From assembly GCA_964057225.1 (NCBI GenBank), contig OZ059896.1, forward strand, positions 19,220,001 to 19,284,000: a stretch of DNA of 64,000 bases, written 5' to 3'. The notes below the pieces were generated by a model, which made no database searches, was not told where the DNA came from, and was given only the letters and a program-made list of their open reading frames with translations. This stretch comes from Auanema rhodensis. Its lineage: Eukaryota; Animalia; Nematoda. A program made the translations under genes and the position numbers. This document shows, piece by piece, positions 15,094 through 31,328 of this stretch. Numbering within the stretch: the stretch's first letter is position 1; the number at the start of each line of letters is the position of its first letter.

Positions 15094-18000
15094 CAGATCG
15101 ACGCAGCTTAAAAATCCGCATCGAATGCACTATACTACATTGAGAAACGCTTAATACAAAAATTAGTTATGATCGTTTGAAAAATGATGCATTAGTGTAT
15201 GTTGAGTTTCCATGTACACTCAACATTGCTTCCAAAAACATTTTGACGAAAATTTTTTCGAAAAATTTCAAAATAATTTAGCAAAAAGTAGATGTTTTTA
15301 GATTCCTTTTTTCAAGGCAAAGACGATGGACAATGTTACTCAACAAAAAAATTAATTCTTCAGGGTGAAAATCGAGGATATAAGTGTGAACTTATATCAG
15401 TTGATATCTCGGTGCATTTTTAAGCTAGCGCAAATCTGATAACACAGAACGACGCAGCTTAAAAATCCGCATCGAATGCACTATACTACATTGAAAAACG
15501 CATAATACAAAAATTAGTTATGATCGTTTGAAAAATGATGCATTAGTGTATGTTGAGTTTCCATGTACACTCAACATTGCTTCCAAAAACATTTTGACAA
15601 AAATTTTTTCGAAAAATTTCAAAATAATTTAGCAAAAAGTAGATGTTTTTAGATTCCTTTTTTCAAGGCAAAGACGATGGACAATGTTATTCAACGAAAA
15701 AATTGATACTTCAGGGTGAAAATCGAGGATATAAGTGTGAACTTATATCAGTTGATATCTCGGTGCATTTTTAAGCTAGCGCAAATCTGATAACACAGAT
15801 CGACGCAGCTTAAAAATCCACATCGAATGCACTATACTACATTGAGAAACGCTTAATACAAAAATTAGTTATGATCGTTTGAAAAATGATGCATTAGTGT
15901 ATGTTGAGTTTCCATGTACACTCAACATTGCTTCCAAAAACATTTTGACAAAAATTTTTTCGAAAAATTTCAAAATAATTTAGCAAAAAGTAGATGTTTT
16001 TAGATTCCTTTTTTCAAGGCAAAGACGATGGACAATGTTACTCAACGAAAAAATTAATTCTTCAGGGTGAAAATCGAGGATATAAGTGTGAACTTATATC
16101 AGTTGATATCTCGGTGCATTTTTAAGCTAGCGCAAATCTGATAACACAGATCGACGCAGCTTAAAAATCCGCATCGAATGCACTGTACTACATTGAGAAA
16201 CGATTAATACAAGAATTAGTTATGATCGTTTGAAAAATGATGCATTAGTGTATGTTGAGTTTCCATGTACACTCAACATTGCTTCCAAAAACATTTTGAC
16301 AAAAATTTTTTCGAAAAATTTCAAAATAATTTAGCAAAAAGTAGATGTTTTCAGATTCCATTTCTCAAGGCAAAGACGATGGACAAGGTTATTCAACGAA
16401 AAAATTAATTCTTCAGGGTGAAAATCGAGGATATAAGTGTGAACTTATATCAGTTGATATCTCGGTGCATTTTTAAGCTAGCGCAAATCTGATAACACAG
16501 ATCGACGCAGCTTAAAAATCCGCATCGAATGCACTATACTACATTGAGAAACGCTTAATACAAAAATTAGTTATGATCGTTTGAAAAATGATGCATTAGT
16601 GTATGTTGAGTTTCCATGTACACTCAACATTGCTTCCAAAAACATTTTGACGAAAATTTTTTCGAAAAATTTCAAAATAATTTAGCAAAAAGTAGATGTT
16701 TTTAGATTCCTTTTTTCAAGGCAAAGACGATGGACAATGTTACTCAACAAAAAAATTAATTCTTCAGGGTGAAAATCGAGGATATAAGTGTGAACTTATA
16801 TCAGTTGATATCTCGGTGCATTTTTAAGCTAGCGCAAATCTAATAACACAGATCGACGCAGCTTAAAAATCCGCATCGAATGCACTATACTACATTGAGA
16901 AACGCTTAATACAAAAATTAGTTATGATCGTTTGAAAAATGATGCATTAGTGTATGTTGAGTTTCCATGTACACTCAACATTGCTTCCAAAAACATTTTG
17001 ACAAAAATTTTTTCGAAAAATTTCAAAATAATTTAGCAAAAAGTAGATGTTTTTAGATTTCTTTTTTCAAGGCAAAGACGATGGACAATGTTATTCAACG
17101 AAAAAATTAATTCTTCAGGGTGAAAATCGAGGATATAAGTGTGAACTTATATCAGTTGATATCTCGGTGCATTTTTAAGCTAGCGCAAATCTGATAACAC
17201 AGATCGACGCAGCTTAAAAATCCGCATCGAATGCACTGTACTACATTGAGAAACGCTTAATACAAAAATTAGTTATGATCGTTTGAAAAATGATGCATTA
17301 GTGTATGTTGAGTTTCCATGTACACTCAACATTGCTTCCAAAAACATTTTGACAAAAATTTTTTCGAAAAATTTCAAAATAATTTAGCAAAAAGTAGATG
17401 TTTTTAGATTTCTTTTTTCAAGGCAAAGACGATGGACAATGTTATTCAACGAAAAAATTAATTCTTCAGGGTGAAAATCGAGGATATAAGTGTGAACTTA
17501 TATCAGTTGATATCTCGGTGCATTTTTAAGCTAGCGCAAATCTGATAACACAGATCGACGCAGCTTAAAAATCCGCATCGAATGCACTGTACTACATTGA
17601 GAAACGCTTAATACAAAAATTAGTTATGATCGTTTGAAAAATGATGCATTAGTGTATGTTGAGTTTCCATGTACACTCAACATTGCTTCCAAAAACATTT
17701 TGACAAAAATTTTTTCAAAAAATTTCAAAATAATTTAGCAAAAAGTAGATGTTTTTAGATTCCATTTCTCAAGGCAAAGACGATGGACAAGGTTATTCAA
17801 TGAAAAAATTAATTCTTCAGGGTGAAAATCGAGGATATAAGTGTGAACTTATATCAGTTGATATCTCGGTGCATTTTTAAGCTAGCGCAAATATGATAAC
17901 ACAGATCGACGCAGCTTAAAAATCCGCATCGAATGCACTGTACTACATTGAGAAACGCTTAATACAAAAATTAGTTATGATCGTTTGAAAAATGATGCAT

Positions 18001-21000
18001 TAGTGTATGTTGAGTTTCCATGTACACTCAACATTGCTTCCAAAAACATTTTGACAAAAATTTTTTCAAAAAATTTCAAAATAATTTAGCAAAAAGTTGA
18101 TGTTTTTAGATTCCATTTCTCAAGGCAAAGACGATGGACAAGGTTATTCAACGAAAAAATTAATTCTTCAGGGTGAAAATCGAGGATATGAGTGTGAACT
18201 TATATCAGTTGATATCTCGGTGCATTTTTAAGCTAGCGCAAATCTGATAACACAGATCGACGCAGCTTAAAAATCCGCATCGAATGCACTATACTACATT
18301 GAGAAACGCTTAATACAAAAATTAGTTATGATCGTTTGAAAAATGATGCATTAGTGTATGTTGAGTTTCCATGTACACTCAACATTGCTTCCAAAAACAT
18401 TTTGACGAAAATTTTTTCGAAAAATTTCAAAATAATTTAGCAAAAAGTAGATGTTTTTAGATTCCTTTTTTCAAGGCAAAGACGATGGACAATGTTACTC
18501 AACAAAAAAATTAATTCTTCAGGGTGAAAATCGAGGATATAAGTGTGAACTTATATCAGTTGATATCTCGGTGCATTTTTAAGCTAGCGCAAATCTGATA
18601 ACACAGAACGACGCAGCTTAAAAATCCGCATCGAATGCACTATACTACATTGAAAAACGCATAATACAAAAATTAGTTATGATCGTTTGAAAAATGATGC
18701 ATTAGTGTATGTTGAGTTTCCATGTACACTCAACATTGCTTCCAAAAACATTTTGACAAAAATTTTTTCGAAAAATTTCAAGATAATTTAGCAAAAAGTA
18801 GATGTTTTTAGATTCCTTTTTTCAAGGCAAAGACGATGGACAATGTTATTCAACGAAAAAATTAATTCTTCAGGGTGAAAATCGAGGATATAAGTGTGAA
18901 CTTATATCAGTTGATATCTCGGTGCATTTTTAAGCTAGCGCAAATCTGATAACACAGATCGACGCAGCTTAAAAATCCACATCGAATGCACTATACTACA
19001 TTGAGAAACGCTTAATACAAAAATTAGTTATGATCGTTTGAAAAATGATGCATTAGTGTATGTTGAGTTTCCATGTACACTCAACATTGCTTCCAAAAAC
19101 ATTTTGACGAAAATTTTTTCGAAAAATTTCAAAATAATTTAGCAAAAAGTAGATGTTTTTAGATTCCTTTTTTCAAGGCAAAGACGATGGACAATGTTAC
19201 TCAACAAAAAAATTAATTCTTCAGGGTGAAAATCGAGGATATAAGTGTGAACTTATATCAGTTGATATCTCGGTGCATTTTTAAGCTAGCGCAAATCTGA
19301 TAACACAGAACGACGCAGCTTAAAAATCCGCATCGAATGCACTATACTACATTGAAAAACGCATAATACAAAAATTAGTTATGATCGTTTGAAAAATGAT
19401 GCATTAGTGTATGTTGAGTTTCCATGTACACTCAACATTGCTTCCAAAAACATTTTGACAAAAATTTTTTCGAAAAATTTCAAGATAATTTAGCAAAAAG
19501 TAGATGTTTTTAGATTCCTTTTTTCAAGGCAAAGACGATGGACAATGTTATTCAACGAAAAAATTAATTCTTCAGGGTGAAAATCGAGGATATAAGTGTG
19601 AACTTATATCAGTTGATATCTCGGTGCATTTTTAAGCTAGCGCAAATCTGATAACACAGATCGACGCAGCTTAAAAATCCACATCGAATGCACTATACTA
19701 CATTGAGAAACGCTTAATACAAAAATTAGTTATGATCGTTTGAAAAATGATGCATTAGTGTATGTTGAGTTTCCATGTACACTCAACATTGCTTCCAAAA
19801 ACATTTTGACGAAAATTTTTTCGAAAAATTTCAAAATAATTTAGCAAAAAGTAGATGTTTTTAGATTCCTTTTTTCAAGGCAAAGACGATGGACAATGTT
19901 ACTCAACAAAAAAATTAATTCTTCAGGGTGAAAATCGAGGATATAAGTGTGAACTTATATCAGTTGATATCTCGGTGCATTTTTAAGCTAGCGCAAATCT
20001 GATAACACAGAACGACGCAGCTTAAAAATCCGCATCGAATGCACTATACTACATTGAAAAACGCATAATACAAAAATTAGTTATGATCGTTTGAAAAATG
20101 ATGCATTAGTGTATGTTGAGTTTCCATGTACACTCAACATTGCTTCCAAAAACATTTTGACAAAAATTTTTTCGAAAAATTTCAAAATAATTTAGCAAAA
20201 AGTAGATGTTTTTAGATTCCTTTTTTCAAGGCAAAGACGATGGACAATGTTATTCAACGAAAAAATTGATACTTCAGGGTGAAAATCGAGGATATAAGTG
20301 TGAACTTATATCAGTTGATATCTCGGTGCATTTTTAAGCTAGCGCAAATCTGATAACACAGATCGACGCAGCTTAAAAATCCACATCGAATGCACTATAC
20401 TACATTGAGAAACGCTTAATACAAAAATTAGTTATGATCGTTTGAAAAATGATGCATTAGTGTATGTTGAGTTTCCATGTACACTCAACATTGCTTCCAA
20501 AAACATTTTGACAAAAATTTTTTCGAAAAATTTCAAAATAATTTAGCAAAAAGTAGATGTTTTTAGATTCCTTTTTTCAAGGCAAAGACGATGGACAATG
20601 TTACTCAACGAAAAAATTAATTCTTCAGGGTGAAAATCGAGGATATAAGTGTGAACTTATATCAGTTGATATCTCGGTGCATTTTTAAGCTAGCGCAAAT
20701 CTGATAACACAGATCGACGCAGCTTAAAAATCCGCATCGAATGCACTGTACTACATTGAGAAACGATTAATACAAGAATTAGTTATGATCGTTTGAAAAA
20801 TGATGCATTAGTGTATGTTGAGTTTCCATGTACACTCAACATTGCTTCCAAAAACATTTTGACAAAAATTTTTTCGAAAAATTTCAAAATAATTTAGCAA
20901 AAAGTAGATGTTTTTAGATTCCATTTCTCAAGGCAAAGACGATGGACAAGGTTATTCAACGAAAAAATTAATTCTTCAGGGTGAAAATCGAGGATATAAG

Positions 21001-23600
21001 TGTGAACTTATATCAGTTGATATCTCGGTGCATTTTTAAGCTAGCGCAAATCTGATAACACAGATCGACGCAGCTTAAAAATCCGCATCGAATGCACTAT
21101 ACTACATTGAGAAACGCTTAATACAAAAATTAGTTATGATCGTTTGAAAAATGATGCATTAGTGTATGTTGAGTTTCCATGTACACTCAACATTGCTTCC
21201 AAAAACATTTTGACGAAAATTTTTTCGAAAAATTTCAAAATAATTTAGCAAAAAGTAGATGTTTTTAGATTCCTTTTTTCAAGGCAAAGACGATGGACAA
21301 TGTTACTCAACAAAAAAATTAATTCTTCAGGGTGAAAATCGAGGATATAAGTGTGAACTTATATCAGTTGATATCTCGGTGCATTTTTAAGCTAGCGCAA
21401 ATCTAATAACACAGATCGACGCAGCTTAAAAATCCGCATCGAATGCACTATACTACATTGAGAAACGCTTAATACAAAAATTAGTTATGATCGTTTGAAA
21501 AATGATGCATTAGTGTATGTTGAGTTTCCATGTACACTCAACATTGCTTCCAAAAACATTTTGACAAAAATTTTTTCGAAAAATTTCAAAATAATTTAGC
21601 AAAAAGTAGATGTTTTTAGATTTCTTTTTTCAAGGCAAAGACGATGGACAATGTTATTCAACGAAAAAATTAATTCTTCAGGGTGAAAATCGAGGATATA
21701 AGTGTGAACTTATATCAGTTGATATCTCGGTGCATTTTTAAGCTAGCGCAAATCTGATAACACAGATCGACGCAGCTTAAAAATCCGCATCGAATGCACT
21801 GTACTACATTGAGAAACGCTTAATACAAAAATTAGTTATGATCGTTTGAAAAATGATGCATTAGTTTATGTTGAGTTTCCATGTACACTCAACATTGCTT
21901 CCAAAAACATTTTGACAAAAATTTTTTCGAAAAATTTCAAAATAATTTAGCAAAAAGTAGATGTTTTTAGATTTCTTTTTTCAAGGCAAAGACGATGGAC
22001 AATGTTATTCAACGAAAAAATTAATTCTTCAGGGTGAAAATCGAGGATATAAGTGTGAACTTATATCAGTTGATATCTCGGTGCATTTTTAAGCTAGCGC
22101 AAATCTGATAACACAGATCGACGCAGCTTAAAAATCCGCATCGAATGCACTGTACTACATTGAGAAACGCTTAATACAAAAATTAGTTATGATCGTTTGA
22201 AAAATGATGCATTAGTGTATGTTGAGTTTCCATGTACACTCAACATTGCTTCCAAAAACATTTTGACAAAAATTTTTTCAAAAAATTTCAAAATAATTTA
22301 GCAAAAAGTAGATGTTTTTAGATTCCATTTCTCAAGGCAAAGACGATGGACAAGGTTATTCAATGAAAAAATTAATTCTTCAGGGTGAAAATCGAGGATA
22401 TAAGTGTGAACTTATATCAGTTGATATCTCGGTGCATTTTTAAGCTAGCGCAAATATGATAACACAGATCGACGCAGCTTAAAAATCCGCATCGAATGCA
22501 CTGTACTACATTGAGAAACGCTTAATACAAAAATTAGTTATGATCGTTTGAAAAATGATGCATTAGTGTATGTTGAGTTTCCATGTACACTCAACATTGC
22601 TTCCAAAAACATTTTGACAAAAATTTTTTCAAAAAATTTCAAAATAATTTAGCAAAAAGTTGATGTTTTTAGATTCCATTTCTCAAGGCAAAGACGATGG
22701 ACAAGGTTATTCAACGAAAAAATTAATTCTTCAGGGTGAAAATCGAGGATATGAGTGTGAACTTATATCAGTTGATATCTCGGTGCATTTTTAAGCTAGC
22801 GCAAATCTGATAACACAGATCGACGCAGCTTAAAAATCCGCATCGAATGCACTATACTACATTGAGAAACGCTTAATACAAAAATTAGTTATGATCGTTT
22901 GAAAAATGATGCATTAGTGTATGTTGAGTTTCCATGTACACTCAACATTGCTTCCAAAAACATTTTGACGAAAATTTTTTCGAAAAATTTCAAAATAATT
23001 TAGCAAAAAGTAGATGTTTTTAGATTCCTTTTTTCAAGGCAAAGACGATGGACAATGTTACTCAACAAAAAAATTAATTCTTCAGGGTGAAAATCGAGGA
23101 TATAAGTGTGAACTTATATCAGTTGATATCTCGGTGCATTTTTAAGCTAGCGCAAATCTGATAACACAGAACGACGCAGCTTAAAAATCCGCATCGAATG
23201 CACTATACTACATTGAAAAACGCATAATACAAAAATTAGTTATGATCGTTTGAAAAATGATGCATTAGTGTATGTTGAGTTTCCATGTACACTCAACATT
23301 GCTTCCAAAAACATTTTGACAAAAATTTTTTCGAAAAATTTCAAGATAATTTAGCAAAAAGTAGATGTTTTTAGATTCCTTTTTTCAAGGCAAAGACGAT
23401 GGACAATGTTATTCAACGAAAAAATTAATTCTTCAGGGTGAAAATCGAGGATATAAGTGTGAACTTATATCAGTTGATATCTCGGTGCATTTTTAAGCTA
23501 GCGCAAATCTGATAACACAGATCGACGCAGCTTAAAAATCCACATCGAATGCACTATACTACATTGAGAAACGCTTAATACAAAAATTAGTTATGATCGT
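15094..23600. repeat. Duplication with a 13-monomer offset (4,563 bp)
   Basis: TTGATACT (~15703/20267), AAATATGATAA (~17890/22453) and CAGAACGACG monomers (15445/20008, 18604/23167) recur 4,563 bp apart. Confidence 0.8.
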
Positions 23601-26600
23601 TTGAAAAATGATGCATTAGTGTATGTTGAGTTTCCATGTACACTCAACATTGCTTCCAAAAACATTTTGACAAAAATTTTTTCGAAAAATTTCAAAATAA
23701 TTTAGCAAAAAGTAGATGTTTTTAGATTCCTTTTTTCAAGGCAAAGACGATGGACAATGTTACTCAACGAAAAAATTAATTCTTCAGGGTGAAAATCGAG
23801 GATATAAGTGTGAACTTATATCAGTTGATATCTCGGTGCATTTTTAAGCTAGCGCAAATCTGATAACACAGATCGACGCAGCTTAAAAATTCGCATCGAA
23901 TGCACTATACCACATTGAGAAACGCTTAATACAAAAATTAGTTATGATCGTTTGAAAAATGATGCATTAGTGTATGTTGAGTTTCCATGTACACTCAACA
24001 TTGCTTCCAAAAACATTTTGACGAAAATTTTTTCGAAAAATTTCAAAATAATTTAGCAAAAAGTAGATGTTTTTAGATTTCTTTTTTCAAGGCAAAGACG
24101 ATGGACAATGTTATTCAACGAAAAAATTAATTCTTCAGGGTGAAAATCGAGGATATAAGTGTGAACTTATATCAGTTGATATCTCGGTGCATTTTTAAGC
24201 TAGCGCAAATCTGATAACACAGATCGACGCAGCTTAAAAATCCGCATCGAATGCACTGTACTACATTGAGAAACGCTTAATACAAAAATTAGTTATGATC
24301 GTTTGAAAAATGATGCATTAGTGTATGTTGAGTTTCCATGTACACTCAACATTGCTTCCAAAAACATTTTGACAAAAATTTTTTCAAAAAATTTCAAAAT
24401 AATTTAGCAAAAAGTAGATGTTTTTAGATTCCATTTCTCAAGGCAAAGACGATGGACAAGGTGATTCAACGAAAAAATTAATTCTTCAGGGTGAAAATCG
24501 AGGATATAAGTGTGAACTTATATCAGTTGATATCTCGGTGCATTTTTAAGCTAGCGCAAATCTGATAACACAGATCGACGCAGCTTAAAAATCCGCATCG
24601 AATGCACTATACTACATTGAGAAACGCTTAATACAAAAATTAGTTATGATCGTTTGAAAAATGATGCATTAGTGTATGTTGAGTTTCCATGTACACTCAA
24701 CATTGCTTCCAAAAACATTTTGACAAAAATTTTTTCGAAAAATTTCAAAATAATTTAGCAAAAAGTAGATGTTTTTAGATTCCTTTTTTCAAGGCAAAGA
24801 CGATGGACAATGTTATTCAACGAAAAAATTAATTCTTTAGGGTGAAAATCGAGGATATAAGTGTGAACTTATATCAGTTGATATCTCGGTGCATTTTTAA
24901 GCTAGCGCAAATCTGATAACACAGATCGACGCAGCTTAAAAATCCACATCGAATGCACTATACTACATTGAGAAACGCTTAATACAAAAATTAGTTATGA
25001 TCGTTTGAAAAATGATGCATTAGTGTATGTTGAGTTTCCATGTACACTCAACATTGCTTCCAAAAACATTTTGACAAAAATTTTTTCGAAAATTTTCAGA
25101 ATAATTTAGCAAAAAGTAGATGTTTTTAGATTCCTTTTTTCAAGGCAAAGACGATGGACAATGTTATTCAACAAAAAAATTAATTCTTCAGGGTGAAAAT
25201 CGAGGATATAAGTGTGAACTTATATCAGTTGATATCTCGGTGCATTTTTAAGCTAGCGCAAATCTGATAACACAGATCGACGCAGCTTAAAAATCCGCAT
25301 CGAATGCACTATACTACATTGAGAAACGCTTAATACAAAAATTAGTTATGATCGTTTGAAAAATGATGCATTAGTGTATGTTGAGTTTCCATGTACACTC
25401 AACATTGCTTCCAAAAACATTTTGACAAAAATTTTTTCGAAAAATTTCAAAATAATTTAGCAAAAAGTAGATGTTTTTAGATTCCTTTTTTCAAGGCAAA
25501 GACGATGGACAATGTTATTCAATGAAAAAATTAATTCTTCAGGGTGAAAATCGAGGATATAAGTGTGAACTTATATCAGTTGATATATCGGTGCATTTTT
25601 AAGCTAGCGCAAATCTCATAACACAGATCGACGCAGCTTAAAAATCCGCATCGAATGCACTATACTACATTGAGAAACGCTTAATACAAAAATTAGTTAT
25701 GATCGTTTGAAAAATGATGCATTAGTGTATGTTGAGTTTCCATGTACACTCAACATTGCTTCCAAAAACATTTTGACAAAAATTTTTTCGAAAAATTTCA
25801 AAATAATTTAGCAAAAAGTAGATGTTTTTAGATTCCTTTTTTCAAGGCAAAGACGATGGACAATGTTATTCAATGAAAAAATTAATTCTTCAGGGTGAAA
25901 ATCGAGGATATAAGTGTGAACTTATATCAGTTGATATATCGGTGCATTTTTAAGCTAGCGCAAATCTCATAACACAGATCGACGCAGCTTAAAAATCCGC
26001 ATCGAATGCACTATACTACATTGAGAAACGCTTAATACAAAAATTAGTTATGATCGTTTGAAAAATGATGCATTAGTGTATGTTGAGTTTCCATGTACAC
26101 TCAACATTGCTTCCAAAAACATTTTGACAAAAATTTTTTCGAAAAATTTCAGAATAATTTAGCAAAAAGTAGATGTTTTTAGATTCCTTTTTTCAAGGCA
26201 AAGACAATGGACAATGTTATTCAACGAAAAAATTAATTCTTTAGGGTGAAAATCGAGGATATAAGTGTGAACTTATATCAGTTGATATCTCGGTGCATTT
26301 TTAAGCTAGCGCAAATCTGATAACACAGATCGACGCAGCTTAAAAATCCGCATCGAATGCACTATACTACATTGAGAAACGCTTAATACAAAAATTAGTT
26401 ATGATCGTTTGAAAAATGATGCATTAGTGTATGTTGAGTTTCCATGTACACTCAACATTGCTTCCAAAAACATTTTGACAAAAATTTTTTCGAAAAATTT
26501 CAAAATAATTTAGCAAAAAGTAGATGTTTTTAGATTCCTTTTTTCAAGGCAAAGACGATGGACAATGTTATTCAATGAAAAAATTAATTCTTCAGGGTGA

Positions 26601-29600
26601 AAATCGAGGATATAAGTGTGAACTTATATCAGTTGATATCTCGGTGCATTTTTAAGCTAGCGCAAATCTGATAACACAGATCGACGCAGCTTAAAAATCC
26701 GCATCGAATGCACTATACTACATTGAGAAACGCTTAATACAAAAATTAGTTATGATCGTTTGAAAAATGATGCATTAGTGTATGTTGAGTTTCCATGTAC
26801 ACTCAACATTGCTTCCAAAAACATTTTGACAAAAATTTTTTCGAAAAATTTCAAAATAATTTAGCAAAAAGTAGATGTTGTTAGATTCTTTTTTTCAAGG
26901 CAAAGACGATGGACAATGTTATTCAACGAAAAAATTAATTCTTCAGGGTGAAAATCGAGGATATAAGTGTGAACTTATATCAGTTGATATCTCGGTGCAT
27001 TTTTAAGCTAGCGCAAATCTGATAACACAGATCGACGCAGCTTAAAAATCCGCATCGAATGCACTATACTACATTGAGAAACGCTTAATACAAAAATTAG
27101 TTATGATCGTTTGAAAAATGATGCATTAGTGTATGTTGAGTTTCCGTGTACACTCAACATTGCTTCCAAAAACATTTTGACAAAAATTTTTTCGAAAAAT
27201 TTCTAAATAATTTAGCAAAAAGTAGATGTTTTTAGATTCCTTTTTTCAAGGCAAAGACGATGGACAATGTTATTCAACGAAAAAATTAATTCTTCAGGGT
27301 GAAAATCGAGGATATAAGTGTGAACTTATATCAGTTGATATCTCGGTGCATTTTTAAGCTAGCGCAAATCTGATAACACAGATCGACGCAGCTTAAAAAT
27401 CCGCATCGAATGCACTATACTACATTGAGAAACGCTTAATACAAAAATTAGTTATGATCGTTTGAAAAATGATGCATTAGTGTATGTTGAGTTTCCATGT
27501 ACACTCAACATTGCTTCCAAAAACATTTTGACAAAAATTTTTTCGAAAAATTTCTAAATAATTTAGCAAAAAGTAGATGTTGTTAGATTCTTTTTTTCAA
27601 GGCAAAGACGATGGACAATGTTATTCAACGAAAAAATTAATTCTTCAGGGTGAAAATCGAGGATATAAGTGTGAACTTATATCAGTTGATATCTCGGTGC
27701 ATTTTTAAGCTAGCGCAAATCTGATAACACAGATCGACGCAGCTTAAAAATCCGCATCGAATGCACTATACTACATTGAGAAACGCTTAATACAAAAATT
27801 AGTTATGATCGTTTGAAAAATGATGCATTAGTGTATGTTGAGTTTCCATGTACACTCAACATTGCTTCCAAAAACATTTTGACAAAAATTTTTTCGAAAA
27901 ATTTCAAAATAATTTAGCAAAAAGTAGATGTTGTTAGATTCTTTTTTTCAAGGCAAAGACGATGGACAATGTTATTCAACGAAAAAATTAATTCTTCAGG
28001 GTGAAAATCGAGGATATAAGTGTGAACTTATATCAGTTGATATCTCGGTGCATTTTTAAGCTAGCGCAAATCTGATAACACAGATCGACGCAGCTTAAAA
28101 ATCCGCATCGAATGCACTATACTACATTGAGAAACGCTTAATACAAAAATTAGTTATGATCGTTTGAAAAATGATGCATTAGTGTATGTTGAGTTTCCGT
28201 GTACACTCAACATTGCTTCCAAAAACATTTTGACAAAAATTTTTTCGAAAAATTTCTAAATAATTTAGCAAAAAGTAGATGTTTTTAGATTCCTTTTTTC
28301 AAGGCAAAGACGATGGACAATGTTATTCAACGAAAAAATTAATTCTTCAGGGTGAAAATCGAGGATATAAGTGTGAACTTATATCAGTTGATATCTCGGT
28401 GCATTTTTAAGCTAGCGCAAATCTGATAACACAGATCGACGCAGCTTAAAAATCCGCATCGAATGCACTATACTACATTGAGAAACGCTTAATACAAAAA
28501 CTAGTTATGATCGTTTGAAAAATGATGCATTAGTGTATGTTGAGTTTCCATGTACACTCAACATTGCTTCCAAAAACATTTTGACAAAAATTTTTTCGAA
28601 AAATTTCAAAATAATTTAGCAAAAAGTAGATGTTTTTAGATTCCTTTTTTCAAGGCAAAGACGATGGACAATGTTATTCAACGAAAAAATTAATTCTTCA
28701 GGGTGAAAATCGAGGATATAAGTGTGAACTTATATCAGTTGATATCTCGGTGCATTTTTAAGCTAGCGCAAATCTCATAACACAGATCGACGCAGCTTAA
28801 AAATCCGCATCGAATGCACTATACTACATTGAGAAACGCTTAATACAAAAATTAGTTATGATCGTTTGAAAAATGATGCATTAGTGTATGTTGAGTTTCC
28901 ATGTACACTCAACGTTGCTTCCAAAAACATTTCGACAAAAATTTTTTCGAAAATTTTCAAGATAATTTAGCAAAAAGTAGATGTTTTTAGATTCCTTTTT
29001 TCAAGGCAAAGACGATGGACAATGTTATTCAACAAAAAAATTAATTCTTCAGGGTGAAAATCGAGGATATAAGTGTGAACTTATATCAGTTGATATCTCG
29101 GTGCATTTTTAAGCTAGCGCAAATCTGATAACACAGATCGACGCAGCTTAAAAATCCGCATCGAATGCACTATACTACATTGAGAAACGCTTAATACAAA
29201 AATTAGTTATGATCGTTTGAAAAATGATGCATTAGTGTATGTTGAGTTTCCATGTACACTCAACGTTGCTTCCAAAAACATTTCGACAAAAATTTTTTCG
29301 AAAATTTTCAAGATAATTTAGCAAAAAGTAGATGTTTTTAGATTCCTTTTTTCAAGGCAAAGACGATGGACAATGTTATTCAACAAAAAAATTAATTCTT
29401 CAGGGTGAAAATCGAGGATATAAGTGTGAACTTATATCAGTTGATATCTCGGTGCATTTTTAAGCTAGCGCAAATCTGATAACACAGATCGACGCAGCTT
29501 AAAAATCCGCATCGAATGCACTATACTACATTGAGAAACGCTTAATACAAAAATTAGTTATGATCGTTTGAAAAATGATGCATTAGTGTATGTTGAGTTT

Positions 29601-31328
29601 CCATGTACACTCAACATTGCTTCCAAAAACATTTTGACAAAAATTTTTTCGAAAAATTTCAAAATAATTTAGCAAAAAGTAGATGTTTTTAGATTTCTTT
29701 TTTCAAGGCAAAGACGATGGACAATGTTATTCAACGAAAAAATTAATTCTTTAGGGTGAAAATCGAGGATATAAGTGTGAACTTATATCAGTTGATATCT
29801 CGGTGCATTTTTAAGCTAGCGCAAATCTGATAACACAGATCGACGCAGCTTAAAAATCCGCATCGAATGCACTATACTACATTGAGAAACGCTTAATACA
29901 AAAATTAGTTATGATCGTTTGAAAAATGATGCATTAGTGTATGTTGAGTTTCCATGTACACTCAACATTGCTTCCAAAAACATTTTGACAAAAATTTTTT
30001 CGAAAAATTTCAAAATAATTTAGCAAAAAGTAGATGTTTTTAGATTCCTTTTTTCAAGGCAAAGACGATGGACAATGTTATTCAACGAAAAAATTAATTC
30101 TTTAGGGTGAAAATCGAGGATATAAGTGTGAACTTATATCAGTTGATATCTCGGTGCATTTTTAAGCTAGCGCAAATCTGATAACACAGATCGACGCAGC
30201 TTAAAAATCCGCATCGAATGCACTATACTACATTGAGAAACGCTTAATACAAAAATTAGTTATGATCGTTTGAAAAATGATGCATTAGTGTATGTTGAGT
30301 TTCCATGTACCCTCAACATTGCTTCCAAAAACATTTTGACAAAAATTTTTTCGAAAAATTTCAAAATAATTTAGCAAAGAGTAGATGTTTTTAGATTCCT
30401 TTTTTCAAGGCAAAGACGATGGACAATGTTATTCAACGAAAAAATTAATTCTTTAGGGTGAAAATCGAGGATATAAGTGTGAACTTATATCAGTTGATAT
30501 CTCGGTGCATTTTTAAGCTAGCGCAAATCTGATAACACAGATCGACGCAGCTTAAAAATCCGCATCGAATGCACTATACTACATTGAGAAACGCTTAATA
30601 CAAAAATTAGTTATGATCGTTTGAAAAATGATGCATTAGTGTATGTTGAGTTTCCATGTACACTCAACATTGCTTCCAAAAACATTTCGACAAAAATTTT
30701 TTCGAAAAATTTCAAGATAATTTAGCAAAAAGTAGATGTTTTTAGATTCCTTTTTTCAAGGCAAAGACGATGGACAATGTTATTCAACAAAAAAATTAAT
30801 TCTTCAGGGTGAAAATCGAGGATATAAGTGTGAACTTATATCAGTTGATATCTCGGTGCATTTTTAAGCTAGCGCAAATCTGATAACACAGATCGACGCA
30901 GCTTAAAAATCCGCATCGAATGCACTATACTACATTGAGAAACGCTTAATACAAAAATTAGTTATGATCGTTTGAAAAATGATGCATTAGTGTATGTTGA
31001 GTTTCCATGTACACTCAACATTGCTTCCAAAAACATTTCGACAAAAATTTTTTCGAAAAATTTCAAGATAATTTAGCAAAAAGTAGATGTTTTTAGATTC
31101 CTTTTTTCAAGGCAAAGACGATGGACAATGTTATTCAACAAAAAAATTAATTCTTCAGGGTGAAAATCGAGGATATAAGTGTGAACTTATATCAGTTGAT
31201 ATCTCGGTGCATTTTTAAGCTAGCGCAAATCTGATAACACAGATCGACGCAGCTTAAAAATCCGCATCGAATGCACTATACTACATTGAGAAACGCTTAA
31301 TACAAAAATTAGTTATGATCGTTTGAAA

